Notes: a model not told the origin generated them from the sequence alone. DNA of 32,000 nucleotides from Deinococcus radiodurans R1 = ATCC 13939 = DSM 20539 (GCF_000008565.1 NC_001263.1:2616413-2648412), one strand, 5' to 3'; shown: positions 1 to 15,401, counted from the stretch's first letter. Numbers and translations are program-made.

Positions 1-260
1 TCCGCGTCGGCCTCGTCCTCGGGGGCACCGCCCGCCACCGGGGGCAGGAAGGCCACCTCGTCGCCCTCGCGGAGAAGGTGCTCAGGGCTGGCGTAGGTCT
101 CGTTCACCGCCACCATGCAGCCGCGCAGGCTCACGCCGCGCTCTTGTTCGAGGTGCTCGGCCACCGCCCTCACGTCGGCGCCGTCCGGCACGTCGAGGGT
201 CAGTTCTTCCAGGCCCACCTCACGGCGCAGGCGGGCAAAAAACACGGCGCGCACCTGCAT
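1..260 (-). CDS. moaD: MoaD/ThiS-like sulfur-carrier domain protein, N-terminal part only (frame runs off the window start); the Gly-Gly is internal, suggesting a MoaD-MoaE-type fusion
   Basis: Manual minus-strand translation from ATG 260..258 gives [86 protein letters not shown], with no stop before position 1. EVAFLPPVAGG is the canonical MoaD C-terminus, but the frame continues. The start overlaps the upstream stop by 1 nt (TGATG). It is absent from the ORF track because it is open-ended. Confidence 0.55.
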   Translation of the reverse strand, partial: MQVRAVFFARLRREVGLEELTLDVPDGADVRAVAEHLEQERGVSLRGCMVAVNETYASPEHLLREGDEVAFLPPVAGGAPEDEADA

Positions 261-685
261 CAGCGGCCCTCCTGGGATTCGGCCCAGCGGCGGCCCAGTT
301 CGTTGAAGCCCGCGTCGATGGTGGCCTGGGGCAGCACGACCTGGGTGGTCGAGCCGTGGCCGATTTCGTCGCCGAGCTCGTTGACCGCCCGCAACTTCGC
401 GTACACGCGCCGGCCTTCCACCCGGTCGAGCGAAGCCGTGACCCGCACCGCCAGGCCGGGCAGCGCCGAAGCGGTATGGCGGACCTCCACCTGCGAGCCG
501 ATGCCGCCTTCGCCCTCGTCCAGAAAGGGGAGGATGATCTTGCGCCCGGCTTCCTCGAAATGTTTCGCCAGCCAGTAGGTCGCGTAGACCGGGTGCACCC
601 GCCCGAGTTCGGCAAAGTCCACGGTCATCTCGTCGGTCACGGTGACCTCCAAGGTCTGGGTGAAGCCTTCGGGAATGGTTTGCAT
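260..685 (-). CDS. Hotdog-fold thioesterase, FlK (fluoroacetyl-CoA thioesterase)-like
   Basis: This is the C-terminal 141 aa of track ORF 260..2026, starting at MQTIPEGF (ATG 685..683). The segment [61 protein letters not shown] closely parallels my recollection of FlK-family proteins. The rest of the 588-aa ORF is antisense to yihY and is spurious. Confidence 0.8.
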   Translation of the reverse strand: MQTIPEGFTQTLEVTVTDEMTVDFAELGRVHPVYATYWLAKHFEEAGRKIILPFLDEGEGGIGSQVEVRHTASALPGLAVRVTASLDRVEGRRVYAKLRAVNELGDEIGHGSTTQVVLPQATIDAGFNELGRRWAESQEGR

Positions 686-692
686 GGGCTTT

Positions 693-698
693 AGCGTA
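693..698 (-). promoter_or_regulatory. -10 box TACGCT, 7 nt upstream of the thioesterase ATG (leaderless geometry)
   Basis: The plus strand agcgta at 693..698 is TACGCT on the minus strand. The 7-nt spacer is 686..692, followed by ATG at 685. No SD is present. Confidence 0.4.
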
Positions 699-720
699 GC
701 AACCGCCCGGGCTCGCCCCC

Positions 721-726
721 TACACT
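721..726 (+). promoter_or_regulatory. -10 box TACACT, 7 nt upstream of the yihY-family ATG (leaderless geometry)
   Basis: The sequence tacact gcggagc atg has its ATG at 734. Confidence 0.4.
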
Positions 727-733
727 GCGGAGC

Positions 734-1993
<1,260 letters not shown>

Positions 1994-2003
1994 GACTTCC
2001 ACG

Positions 2004-2044
2004 AAAAAACCTCCCCGGCTCGTCACTGGCCGGGGAGGTTTTTT
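2004..2044. terminator. Bidirectional intrinsic terminator between convergent genes
   Basis: A perfect 10-bp stem pairs cctccccggc (2010..2019) with gccggggagg (2029..2038) around a 9-nt loop. It is flanked by A6 (2004..2009) and T6 (2039..2044). Confidence 0.75.
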
Positions 2045-2070
2045 CGTGGTGCTCAGTAGCAGCGGATGTG

Positions 2071-2832
2071 TCAGTGGCAGCGGATGTCTTCGCCGAAGTA
2101 CTTCTCCGACAGCTTCTTGTAGCTGCCGTCGGCCTGCACTTTTTTCAGCGCGGCGTTGACGGCGCTGGTCAGCGACTTGTTGTCCTTCTGGAAGGCGATG
2201 CCGATTTTTTCCTGAAACACCAGCGCCCCAATCTGAAGCTTGCCCCCGGTCTTCTTGCGGGCTTCGAGCGCCACGAAGCGGTCGGTGAGGTAGGCGTCAG
2301 TGCGGCCCGCCATCAGCGCTTGCAGGGCGTCGGTGTTGTTGGGGTAGGTCTGGATGTTGCCGAGCCCCGGCAGGCTGCGGGCGCGGGTGGCGTAGGTCGT
2401 GCCGAGCTGCACGGCGAGCTTCTTGCCCTTCATGTCGGCGAGCGTTTTGGGGCCGCCGGGCTTGCTGACGAGCACGCCGCCCGAGCAGTAGTGGGGGTTG
2501 GAAAAGTCCACCGCCTTCTGGCGCTCGGGGGTAATGCCGTGCGAGGCGATCACCATGTCGTAGCGACCCTGGCCGAGCCCGATCAGCAGGGTGTCGAACG
2601 ACGAGGACTTCCACTCCACCTTGACCCCGAGCTGCTTGGCAAGCAGTTCGGCGAGTTCGGCCTCGAAGCCCACGATTTTCTTGCCCTGGGTGTAGGTAAA
2701 GGGCGGGTAGGTGGGCTCGGTCGCCACGACCAGGGTGCCGGACTTTTTGATGCTCGTGAGGTCACGCGCCGCCGCCGGAGCCCCGAAGGCGAGCATGGCG
2801 AGCGCAAGGGTGGAGACAGACTTCAACTTCAT
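2071..2832 (-). CDS. Amino acid ABC transporter substrate-binding protein (family 3), secreted; no adjacent permease or ATPase
   Basis: This is a 253-aa ORF with signal peptide [22 protein letters not shown]. The segments [14 protein letters not shown] and [13 protein letters not shown] are typical of polar amino acid binding proteins. Confidence 0.85.
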   Translation of the reverse strand: MKLKSVSTLALAMLAFGAPAAARDLTSIKKSGTLVVATEPTYPPFTYTQGKKIVGFEAELAELLAKQLGVKVEWKSSSFDTLLIGLGQGRYDMVIASHGITPERQKAVDFSNPHYCSGGVLVSKPGGPKTLADMKGKKLAVQLGTTYATRARSLPGLGNIQTYPNNTDALQALMAGRTDAYLTDRFVALEARKKTGGKLQIGALVFQEKIGIAFQKDNKSLTSAVNAALKKVQADGSYKKLSEKYFGEDIRCH

Positions 2833-3065
2833 GCACTCACCCTAACGTGCCTGTCTAAGACGCACTGCGTCCAATTCCTTAAAATCCAGAAAAGAACTGG
2901 ATTTCAATCCATTTCCCGCAGCACGTCTCTTTTGCTTCTCGCTCCGCTCGGGTTTCATCGCTCAAAGTGAGCGATTCAACCGCAATTGGTTTGACTTCTT
3001 TCTGAGAGAAAGGCGACAGAGAGGGGAAAGAAAAGGTTTCGCCTGTCACCCCTATGCAGAAAACT

Positions 3066-3108
3066 TGAAAAAAGATGCGGCCCCGCACCATTGAAGCTGG
3101 GAGCCGCA
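3066..3108 (-). terminator. Candidate terminator downstream of glnS
   Basis: On the minus strand, tgcggc (3108..3103) pairs with gccgca (3081..3076) and is followed by tctttttt (3075..3068). The loop is large (21 nt), so this is only moderately convincing. Confidence 0.4.
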
Positions 3109-3122
3109 AAAGGGAAAGAAGC

Positions 3123-5609
<2,487 letters not shown>

Positions 5610-5616
5610 GCGGGTC

Positions 5617-5622
5617 AGGATA
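5617..5622 (-). promoter_or_regulatory. -10 box TATCCT, 7 nt upstream of glnS ATG 5609 (leaderless geometry)
   Basis: The plus strand aggata at 5617..5622 is TATCCT on the minus strand. The spacer is 5610..5616. Confidence 0.4.
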
Positions 5623-5703
5623 CGCGGCGAGCGCCCTGAAAAAGGGGCGCCCCGGTCCTGCTCCCACCCAAACGCCCCCAACAGCCTCCTGTCTGTTCAG
5701 CAC

Positions 5704-6321
5704 TCAGCCCCCAGTGCGGCTCCCCTGCTCGCGCTTGCGGCGGATGAACCAGGCAGCGGCGCCAATGACGAGAAGCCCCACGATGACCTTCGACACCGGG
5801 GCGACGTACTGCTCGACCCGGTCATAGTTTTCGCCGAGGGCGTATCCGGCGTAGGCCAGCGCCGCACTCCACAGCGCCGAGCCGATGGCCGAGTAGATCA
5901 GGAACTTGGGCAGCGGCATTTCGCTCATGCCCGCAGGCAGGCTCAGCAGACTGCGGATGCCCGGCACCATGCGCCCGAACAGCACCGCCCCCGCGCCGTA
6001 GCGGTCGAACCAGGCGTCGGCCTTCTTGATGTCCTTGCCGCTCAGGGTGAGCCACTTGCCGTGTTTGTCGGCCCAGGCGACGAGTTTGTCTTCCCCGAAA
6101 GCCCGCCCGATGTAGTACAGCGGCAGGGTACCGATGACGCTGCCGAGCGTGCCCATCAGGACCACCATGCCGAGCGACATGTCACCGCGCGCCGCCGCGA
6201 AGCCCGCCGAGGGCATGATGAGTTCGCTGGGAATCGGCGGAAACACGTTTTCCAGCACCATCAGCAGCAGAATGCCGAGGTAACCCATGCTGTCCATCAG
6301 GTTTTGAATCCAGTCGGTCAT
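5704..6321 (-). CDS. DedA family membrane protein
   Basis: MTDWIQNLMDSMGYLGILLLMVLENVFPPIPSELIMP matches the DedA/SNARE-associated signature. The start is placed at ATG 6321; the track ORF begins at GTG 6366. Confidence 0.85.
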   Translation of the reverse strand: MTDWIQNLMDSMGYLGILLLMVLENVFPPIPSELIMPSAGFAAARGDMSLGMVVLMGTLGSVIGTLPLYYIGRAFGEDKLVAWADKHGKWLTLSGKDIKKADAWFDRYGAGAVLFGRMVPGIRSLLSLPAGMSEMPLPKFLIYSAIGSALWSAALAYAGYALGENYDRVEQYVAPVSKVIVGLLVIGAAAWFIRRKREQGSRTGG

Positions 6322-6406
6322 GGCACCAGCAGCGTAGCGGGCTGGCCGGGGGCTGTCGTCCTCCACAAGGATGACGCCGCCCGCTGCTCCCCTGACCCGC
6401 AGCCCC

Positions 6407-6412
6407 TACACT
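6407..6412 (+). promoter_or_regulatory. -10 box TACACT, 6 nt upstream of the HAD hydrolase ATG (leaderless geometry)
   Basis: The sequence tacact gccgcc atg has its ATG at 6419. Confidence 0.4.
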
Positions 6413-6418
6413 GCCGCC

Positions 6419-7087
6419 ATGACTCCCGCCGCCACCATCCCCGAGGGCCTGCGCGCCGTCGTCTTCGACTTCGACGGCACCATTCTGGACACCGAAACCC
6501 GCGAGTTTCACCACTGGCAAGAGCTGTACCGCGAGCATGGGCGTGAGCTCGCGCTCAGCGACTGGCAACGCGGCGTGGGCACCTGGGACGCCTTCGACCC
6601 CTGGGCCGGGCTGCCCGAGCAGGTGCAGGCCGACCGGGAAAATGTCCGCGCCCGGCTGCACGACACCATCGTTTCAGACATTGCCGGACAAGACCTGCGC
6701 CCCGGCGTGCGGGCGGTGCTGGAAGGCGTGAAGGCCGCCGGGCTGCGCCTCGCCCTGGCGACGAGCAGTGACCGTGAGTGGGTCACCCGTTGGATGCGCC
6801 AGCACAACCTGCTGGACCTGTTCGAGGCGGTGGCGACCCGCGACGACGTGCGCCGCGTCAAGCCCGACCCCGAGCTGTACCTGCTCGCCGCCGCGCGGCT
6901 GGGCCTGCGCCCCGAGGAGTGCCTTGCCGTCGAAGATTCCTTTAATGGGGCCACCGCTGCCGTCGCCGCCGGAATGCGTCTGGTCGTCGTGCCCAACGAC
7001 GTGACGCGCACCCAGCCTTTCCCCGCCGAGTGGCGGCGGTTGGAGGACGGGTACGCGGGGGGGCTGGCCGGGTTGCTAGGGGAATGA
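6419..7087 (+). CDS. HAD-superfamily hydrolase (CbbY/beta-phosphoglucomutase-like, subfamily IA)
   Basis: HAD motif I is present (VVFDFDGTILDTE), along with a later ATSS segment and the VEDSFNG motif. The start is chosen at the second ATG (6419); the ORF opens at 6371. Confidence 0.8.
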   Translation: MTPAATIPEGLRAVVFDFDGTILDTETREFHHWQELYREHGRELALSDWQRGVGTWDAFDPWAGLPEQVQADRENVRARLHDTIVSDIAGQDLRPGVRAVLEGVKAAGLRLALATSSDREWVTRWMRQHNLLDLFEAVATRDDVRRVKPDPELYLLAAARLGLRPEECLAVEDSFNGATAAVAAGMRLVVVPNDVTRTQPFPAEWRRLEDGYAGGLAGLLGE

Positions 7088-7108
7088 GAAGGGGTAGGGG
7101 CTAAAGCC

Positions 7109-7861
7109 TTACCTCCTCTGCGCCTTCAAATGCTTTTTCAGGTCAGGCCACAGCGTCCGCACCTGCTCCTGCGAAGTGCGGCGGGCCTCCAGCTCGCGGG
7201 CGAGCAGCGCTTCACGCTGGTCAGGCAGCAACTGGTTTTCGGTGAGCAGGCCGCGCACCACCTCGGCATCCTGCATCCGGCCCAGGGCGTCTAGGGTGTT
7301 CAGGAGCACGTCGGGCGACTTGTCCACCAGTTCCAGGGTGTAACGGTAGTGCTTGAGCGCTTTGCGCCACTCGTGCCACGTTTCGGGGCTCTCGGCCTTC
7401 AGCACGGCGGGGGTGTCGTCCAGCAGATCCTGCGCCTCGTGGGCCAGGGTGCGGCGGGCGCGGCGTTTGAATTTGTCGGGGCGCTCAGGCAACGGCGGCT
7501 GCTCCGGCCACTGCACCCCGGCGAGCAGTTCGGCGCGCCGCCTTTGCCAGTCGCGGCGAAAGTCGGCAATCTCGTGTGGGGAGCGTCCCTGTTCTTCCAG
7601 CGCGGCGGCGAGGTGCTCCCCGGCCACGTCGTGGTCGCGCAGCGGCGCCACCGCGCGGCGCAGGTCACGCCAGGCCCGGCGGACCTTCTTGGGAGCGCCC
7701 GTCACGGACAGTTCGGCACCCACCTTGCGCGTCAGCTTGCGGGCTTCGTGCACCGCTTTGGGGTCACCTTGCACCAGCGCGGGCCACAGGCCTGAGAGCT
7801 GCGCGCCGAGCGAGGCCCGCTGGTCGGTTCCTGTCTTGCCTTTTTTGGAGGACTTGGACAT
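7109..7861 (-). CDS. CHAD domain-containing protein
   Basis: This is a 250-aa helical protein with CHAD-type motifs: VHEARKLTRK, LRDHDV, WHEWRKALKHYRYTLEL and ALGRMQDAEV. A TATACC -10 box (7873..7868) lies 6 nt upstream of the ATG. Confidence 0.75.
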   Translation of the reverse strand: MSKSSKKGKTGTDQRASLGAQLSGLWPALVQGDPKAVHEARKLTRKVGAELSVTGAPKKVRRAWRDLRRAVAPLRDHDVAGEHLAAALEEQGRSPHEIADFRRDWQRRRAELLAGVQWPEQPPLPERPDKFKRRARRTLAHEAQDLLDDTPAVLKAESPETWHEWRKALKHYRYTLELVDKSPDVLLNTLDALGRMQDAEVVRGLLTENQLLPDQREALLARELEARRTSQEQVRTLWPDLKKHLKAQRR

Positions 7862-7909
7862 GGGGTCGGTATAGCGGCGGCGGCGTACCCACAGTTCAAA
7901 GCGGTCACA

Positions 7910-7935
7910 AGGGGTCTTAGGATTGCCTAACCCCT
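7910..7935 (-). terminator. Weak hairpin downstream of panB
   Basis: aggggtcttagg att g cctaacccct forms 5+5 bp with a 2-nt bulge. No clear U-tract follows, so terminator function is uncertain. Confidence 0.3.
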
Positions 7936-7942
7936 GGTCCCC

Positions 7943-8824
7943 TCAATACAGCTTGTCGAGCACCTCGTCCTTCATCACGAAGCTGTTGTCCTTGCTGGGA
8001 AACTCGCGGGCGCGGACCTCGGCGGCGTAGTGAGCGATGGCTTCACGGGCCTCGCGCCCCAGGTCGGCGTAGCGCTTGGCAATTTTCTTTTCCTCGCCTT
8101 CGTAGAGCCCCAGCAGGTCGTGATAGACGAGTACCTGCCCGTCGCAATGAACGCCTGCGCCGATGCCGATGGTGGCGACGCTCAGCCGCTCGGAAATCAG
8201 GCGAGCGAGCCGGGCGGGAATGGCTTCGAGGACCACCGCGAAGGCCCCTGCTTCCTGCAACGCGACTGCGCCTTCCAGGGTGCGGCGGGCGCTGTCGTCG
8301 TCCTTGCCCTGCACGCGCAGGCCTCCCTGGGCGGCGGCGGTCTGCGGCATCAGCCCCACGTGCCCCATCACCGGCACGCCGTTGCGCGAGAGCACCCGCA
8401 CGACGTCGAGCACCTCGGGGGTGGAGCCTTCCATCTTCACGGCGTCGGCGCCCGTCTCCTGAATGACCCGCACGGCGTGCCGCATCGCGTCGGTCACGCC
8501 TGCGTGGTAGGTGCCGAACGGCAGGTCCACCACCAGAAAGGTGTTCGGTGCTCCCCGCCGCACGGCCTTGCCGTGGTGAATCATGTCGGCAAGCGTGACC
8601 GGCGCGGTGGAGTCGTAGCCCAGCACCACGTTGCCCAGGCTGTCGCCCACCAGAATCAGGTCCACCCCGGCGGCCTCGGCGTGGCGCGCGCCCGGATAGT
8701 CGTAGGCGGTCACCATCACCAGCGGCGCGCCAGAGGATGTGAGTTCAGGATGGGTCAGGTCGGGCAGGCTGCGTTTGACGCGGGCCGGAGACGCCAATTG
8801 AGGAGACGCGGATTCGGGCTGCAT
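7943..8824 (-). CDS. panB: 3-methyl-2-oxobutanoate hydroxymethyltransferase
   Basis: [34 protein letters not shown] and the downstream core are the classic PanB signature. Confidence 0.9.
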   Translation of the reverse strand: MQPESASPQLASPARVKRSLPDLTHPELTSSGAPLVMVTAYDYPGARHAEAAGVDLILVGDSLGNVVLGYDSTAPVTLADMIHHGKAVRRGAPNTFLVVDLPFGTYHAGVTDAMRHAVRVIQETGADAVKMEGSTPEVLDVVRVLSRNGVPVMGHVGLMPQTAAAQGGLRVQGKDDDSARRTLEGAVALQEAGAFAVVLEAIPARLARLISERLSVATIGIGAGVHCDGQVLVYHDLLGLYEGEEKKIAKRYADLGREAREAIAHYAAEVRAREFPSKDNSFVMKDEVLDKLY

Positions 8825-8857
8825 GGGGCGAGGGTAGCACCCCCTCTCACGCTCGGC

Positions 8858-9367
8858 TCAGCCGTTCATGACCTTGCCGTAGCGGTCCAGAATCAGGTAG
8901 ATGATCCAGCCGGTAACCGCCACGTAGAGCCACACCGGCACCGTCCAGCGCACCCACATGCGGTGGCGCTGAAAAAAGGGCCGGGCGGCGGGCGCGTCGA
9001 TGTTGCCGAGGTTTCCGGCGGCTTGCAGGCCCTTCCAGGCGTTCCAGAGCGCGAGCAGCGCCAGCGGCAGGTTGGCGGCGGCCAGAATCACGTGGCTGAT
9101 GAGCAGCGAGAAGTAGCCGACGCGGTAAGGCCCGATGTATTTCTTTTCGTAGCCCAGGCCCAGCCGGGTGAGGTAGAGCACCAGGAAAACGGTGGCGAGG
9201 GCGCTGGCGACCAGCATGGCGCGCATGTGCGCCTCCCGGTTGCCACGGCGAATGAAAAACACCCCCGTGACGAGCGCGAAGCCGCTCAGGACGATGGTGA
9301 TGACAGCCCACTGGTTGACGACTTCGGCGACCACGCCCGTCATCATAGCGGCGCCGGGTGGGGACAA
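8858..9367 (-). CDS. DUF420 family membrane protein (CtaM-like, cytochrome oxidase-associated)
   Basis: This is a four-TM, ~165-aa protein. [30 protein letters not shown] resembles DUF420. It is divergent from ctaA. The start is uncertain: TTG 9367 or ATG 9346/9343. Confidence 0.7.
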   Translation of the reverse strand: MSPPGAAMMTGVVAEVVNQWAVITIVLSGFALVTGVFFIRRGNREAHMRAMLVASALATVFLVLYLTRLGLGYEKKYIGPYRVGYFSLLISHVILAAANLPLALLALWNAWKGLQAAGNLGNIDAPAARPFFQRHRMWVRWTVPVWLYVAVTGWIIYLILDRYGKVMNG

Positions 9368-9455
9368 TTTTCTGACCCTGGATCAGTGGCGGGGGTCTAC
9401 AATGGGGGGCGCATATCACGCTGGCCGCACGACACTTTTGCCGCGTGAAGGGACG

Positions 9456-10477
9456 GTGAAGAATTTGAGCGGAACCCTGAGTGCAAGGCCGCGCGCCGGC
9501 GTGAGGGCAGGCAGTTGGCTCTCCCGCCTCGCCTGGGTGGCCCTGATCTACAACCTGCTGGTGATCCTGTGGGGCGCGGTGGTGCGCCTGACCGGCGCGG
9601 GCGCGGGCTGCGGCGACCACTGGCCGCTGTGCAACGGGGTGGTTATTCCCCCGAGTCCCACCCTGCACACCATCATCGAATTCAGCCACCGCCTGACCAG
9701 CGGCGCGAGCGGCCTGCTCGCCATCGGGCTGGTGGCCCTGGCCTTCCGGCAGACCCCCAAGGGGCACCCGGCCCGCTTCGGGGCGCTGCTGAGCCTGGGC
9801 CTGATCATTCTGGAAGGCCTGGTCGGCGGCGTGCAGGTGCTGCTCGGCCTGACCGCCGATTCCACCGACCCGGCACGCGGTTTCGTGCAGGGCATCCACC
9901 TCGCCAACACCTTCGCGCTGCTCGGGGCGCTGCTGCTCACGGCGCTGTGGGCGCGGGGCGAACCCCGACTGCGGCTGCGTGGTCAAGGCCGGGTCGGGTG
10001 GCTCAGCGCCATCGGCCTGGGCCTGACGCTGCTGCTCGGCATGGCGGGCGCGGTGACGGCGCTGGGCGACCTGCTGTTTGCCCCGGCGCCCGGCACGCCC
10101 ATCGACACGGTGCGGCGCGACTTCTCGGCCAGCGCCGGCCTGATTGAGAACCTGCGTGTCATTCACCCCATGCTCGCTGTCATTACCAGCGTCTATCTGG
10201 GCTGGCTCGGCGTGTGGCTGAGCCGCCTGCGCCCCGGCCAGGAAGTGCAGCGCTGGACCCGCGTGGTCTGGGGGCTGCTCGGCGCACAGATGGTCGCGGG
10301 CTTCGTCAATGTGGCCCTCAAGGCGCCGGCCTGGATGCAACTGACCCACCTGCTGCTCGCCTGCTTGCTGTGGCTCGCCGTGGTGATGCTGGTGTACCGT
10401 GCCCTCACTGGCCTCGGTGTACAGCGTCCCGCCCGCCCGGTCGCCCCTGAAGAACCGGCCCCCCTTGGAGAACCCAT

Positions 10478-10481
<4 letters not shown>
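9456..10481 (+). CDS. ctaA: Heme A synthase (COX15/CtaA)
   Basis: The motif [19 protein letters not shown] and a multi-TM profile support the call. GTG 9456 is preferred because a TACAAT -10 box (9397..9402) overlaps the alternative ATG 9402. The stop overlaps the ctaB start (ATGA). Confidence 0.8.
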
Positions 10482-11419
<938 letters not shown>

Positions 11420-11441
11420 TCGCTTCTTCCGTTTTCCCTTC

Positions 11442-11476
11442 GCCGGCACGAACCCCACGGTTCTGCCGGCTTTTTG
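11442..11476 (+). terminator. Intrinsic terminator after ctaB
   Basis: gccggcacgaacc / ggttctgccggc forms 12 bp with one bulge and loop ccac, followed by TTTTT (11471..11475). Confidence 0.75.
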
Positions 11477-11690
11477 TGCCCGGTTCAGACCGGATTTCAG
11501 CGACGCAGCGGCCTTTGGGGGACACTTGCCTACCACTTAAACTGCTCTCATGGCACTGTGCCTGACCGTTCGGTAGACGTGGGGGGCAAAAAGCGTGGCG
11601 GCGGCCTGGCCTATGGGGGCCGCGCCGGGAGCCACGCGGTCGGCGCATTTGCCTCCAGAACGCTTTAGACTGGAAAGGAAAGGAGCGACA

Positions 11691-12918
11691 TTGAACACCA
11701 AACATGACCGTAAACCGGGCGGGAAGCGGGAGTGGGCCACAGCGTGGACCCGCGCCGGCCTGATCGCCCTCGGCGCGGCAGTCCTGAGCAGTTGTGGGCA
11801 GGGGCAGAACATCTTCCTGGGTGACCAGGCTGCCGCCTACAACCGCGAGATCTGGGACCTGAGCAAGTGGGCCATTGGACTGTCGATCATCATCTTTGTC
11901 GGGGTCTCGGGCATGCTGTTTTACACGGTGCAAAAATTCCGTGAAGACCGCAACACCGCAGCGCCCCAGCAGTTCCACGGCAACAACAGGCTCGAGGCCT
12001 GGCTGATCGGGATTCCGATCATCTTGGTGCTCGGGCTGAGCGTGTTGTCGGTGCGTTCGCTGGCCCGCCTGAACCCGGTGTCCCAGCAGACCCTGGGCAT
12101 CGAGGCCACCGGGGCGCAGTTCTGGTGGAACTTCACCTACCCCGGTTCGCCGGTGCAGGGCGGCAGCACGGTGGCCAACGGCAACGAGATGGTCATGCCC
12201 GCCGAGCAGAAGGTGGCGATCAGCACGACCAGCAAGGACGTGATTCACGGCTTCTGGGCGCCCAACCTCGGCGGCCAGCGCGCGTCCATCCCCACCGTCA
12301 AGCGCGTGTGGGAACTCGATACCCAGCGCCCCGGCGTCTACCAGGGCAACTGCTCGCAGCTGTGCGGCGCCTCGCACGCCAACATGCGCTTCAAGGTGAT
12401 CGCGCTGTCGCCCGAGGCTTCGCGGCCTTCAACAAGGCGGCGCAGGCTTACGTGGCCCCCACTCCCGCTCCCGGCAGCGCCGAGGAACGCGGCTACAACC
12501 TGTTCATGCAGGGCAATCCCGGCACCGGCGCCATTGCCTGCGCCTCGTGCCACCGCGTGCAGGGCACCCCGGCAGGCGGCGTCAGCGGCCCTGACCTGAG
12601 CTTCTTCGGCACCCGCCGCACGCTGGGCGCGGGCATGTGGGAAGCCATGTCGCCCGAGCACTGGGCAGAGCCCCAGGCGGCGGCGGCGCTGCACGCCTGG
12701 ATCAAACACAGCCCCAAGGTCAAGCCTGGCAGCCTGATGCCCACCTATGACGGCAGCACTTATGTCGTCGACGGCAAGTCCATTCAGGGTGGTCGCCTGA
12801 CCGACGGCGAGATCGACGACATCGCGGCGTACCTGCGGAGTCTGCGCCTTCCCGACGAGGCCGACTACTGGCAGGGCTCCCCGGTTCACGGCACCAACAC
12901 CACCGCAGGAGGTTCGCA

Positions 12919-12922
<4 letters not shown>
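11691..12922 (+). pseudogene. ctaC: Cytochrome c oxidase subunit II (lipoprotein, CuA domain fused to cytochrome c domain, caa3-type), interrupted by a 1-nt frameshift near 12416
   Basis: A TTG start at 11691 lies 5 nt after AAGGAG. A lipobox LSSC is present, and the CuA site HGFW...[12 protein letters not shown] is in frame 0 up to ...IALSPE (12416). The continuation [10 protein letters not shown]...CASCH...MP (the haem c site) is in the -1 frame (track ORF 12125..12922) through to the stop at 12922. The frame-0 tail to 12599 is Arg/Pro/Ala junk. Confidence 0.8.
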
Positions 12923-15381
<2,459 letters not shown>

Positions 15382-15401
15382 TCCGGGCCGGCAGAAGGCA
15401 C

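Noticed and set aside
2879-3109. A 76-aa minus-strand ORF in the AT-rich spacer.
   Set aside because: It has no SD or leaderless promoter geometry and atypical codon composition. It spans hairpins and the glnS terminator.
5610-5681. A 24-codon N-terminal extension of glnS (the 852-aa version).
   Set aside because: The extension contains a T6 run, has weaker third-position G/C bias, and overlaps a -10 box that is perfectly spaced for ATG 5609. It is not excluded, because the published protein length may correspond to the longer ORF.
11595-11690. GTG 11595 as the ctaC start (the longest [15 protein letters not shown]...).
   Set aside because: The upstream extension is low-complexity and lacks an SD. 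TTG 11691 lies 5 nt after AAGGAG and yields a proper lipoprotein signal ending in LSSC.
12405-12425. Programmed -1 ribosomal frameshift in ctaC.
   Set aside because: There is no X XXY YYZ slippery heptamer at the junction (g tcg ccc gag gct tcg) and no obvious downstream pseudoknot. A 1-nt loss in a G run is the simpler explanation.
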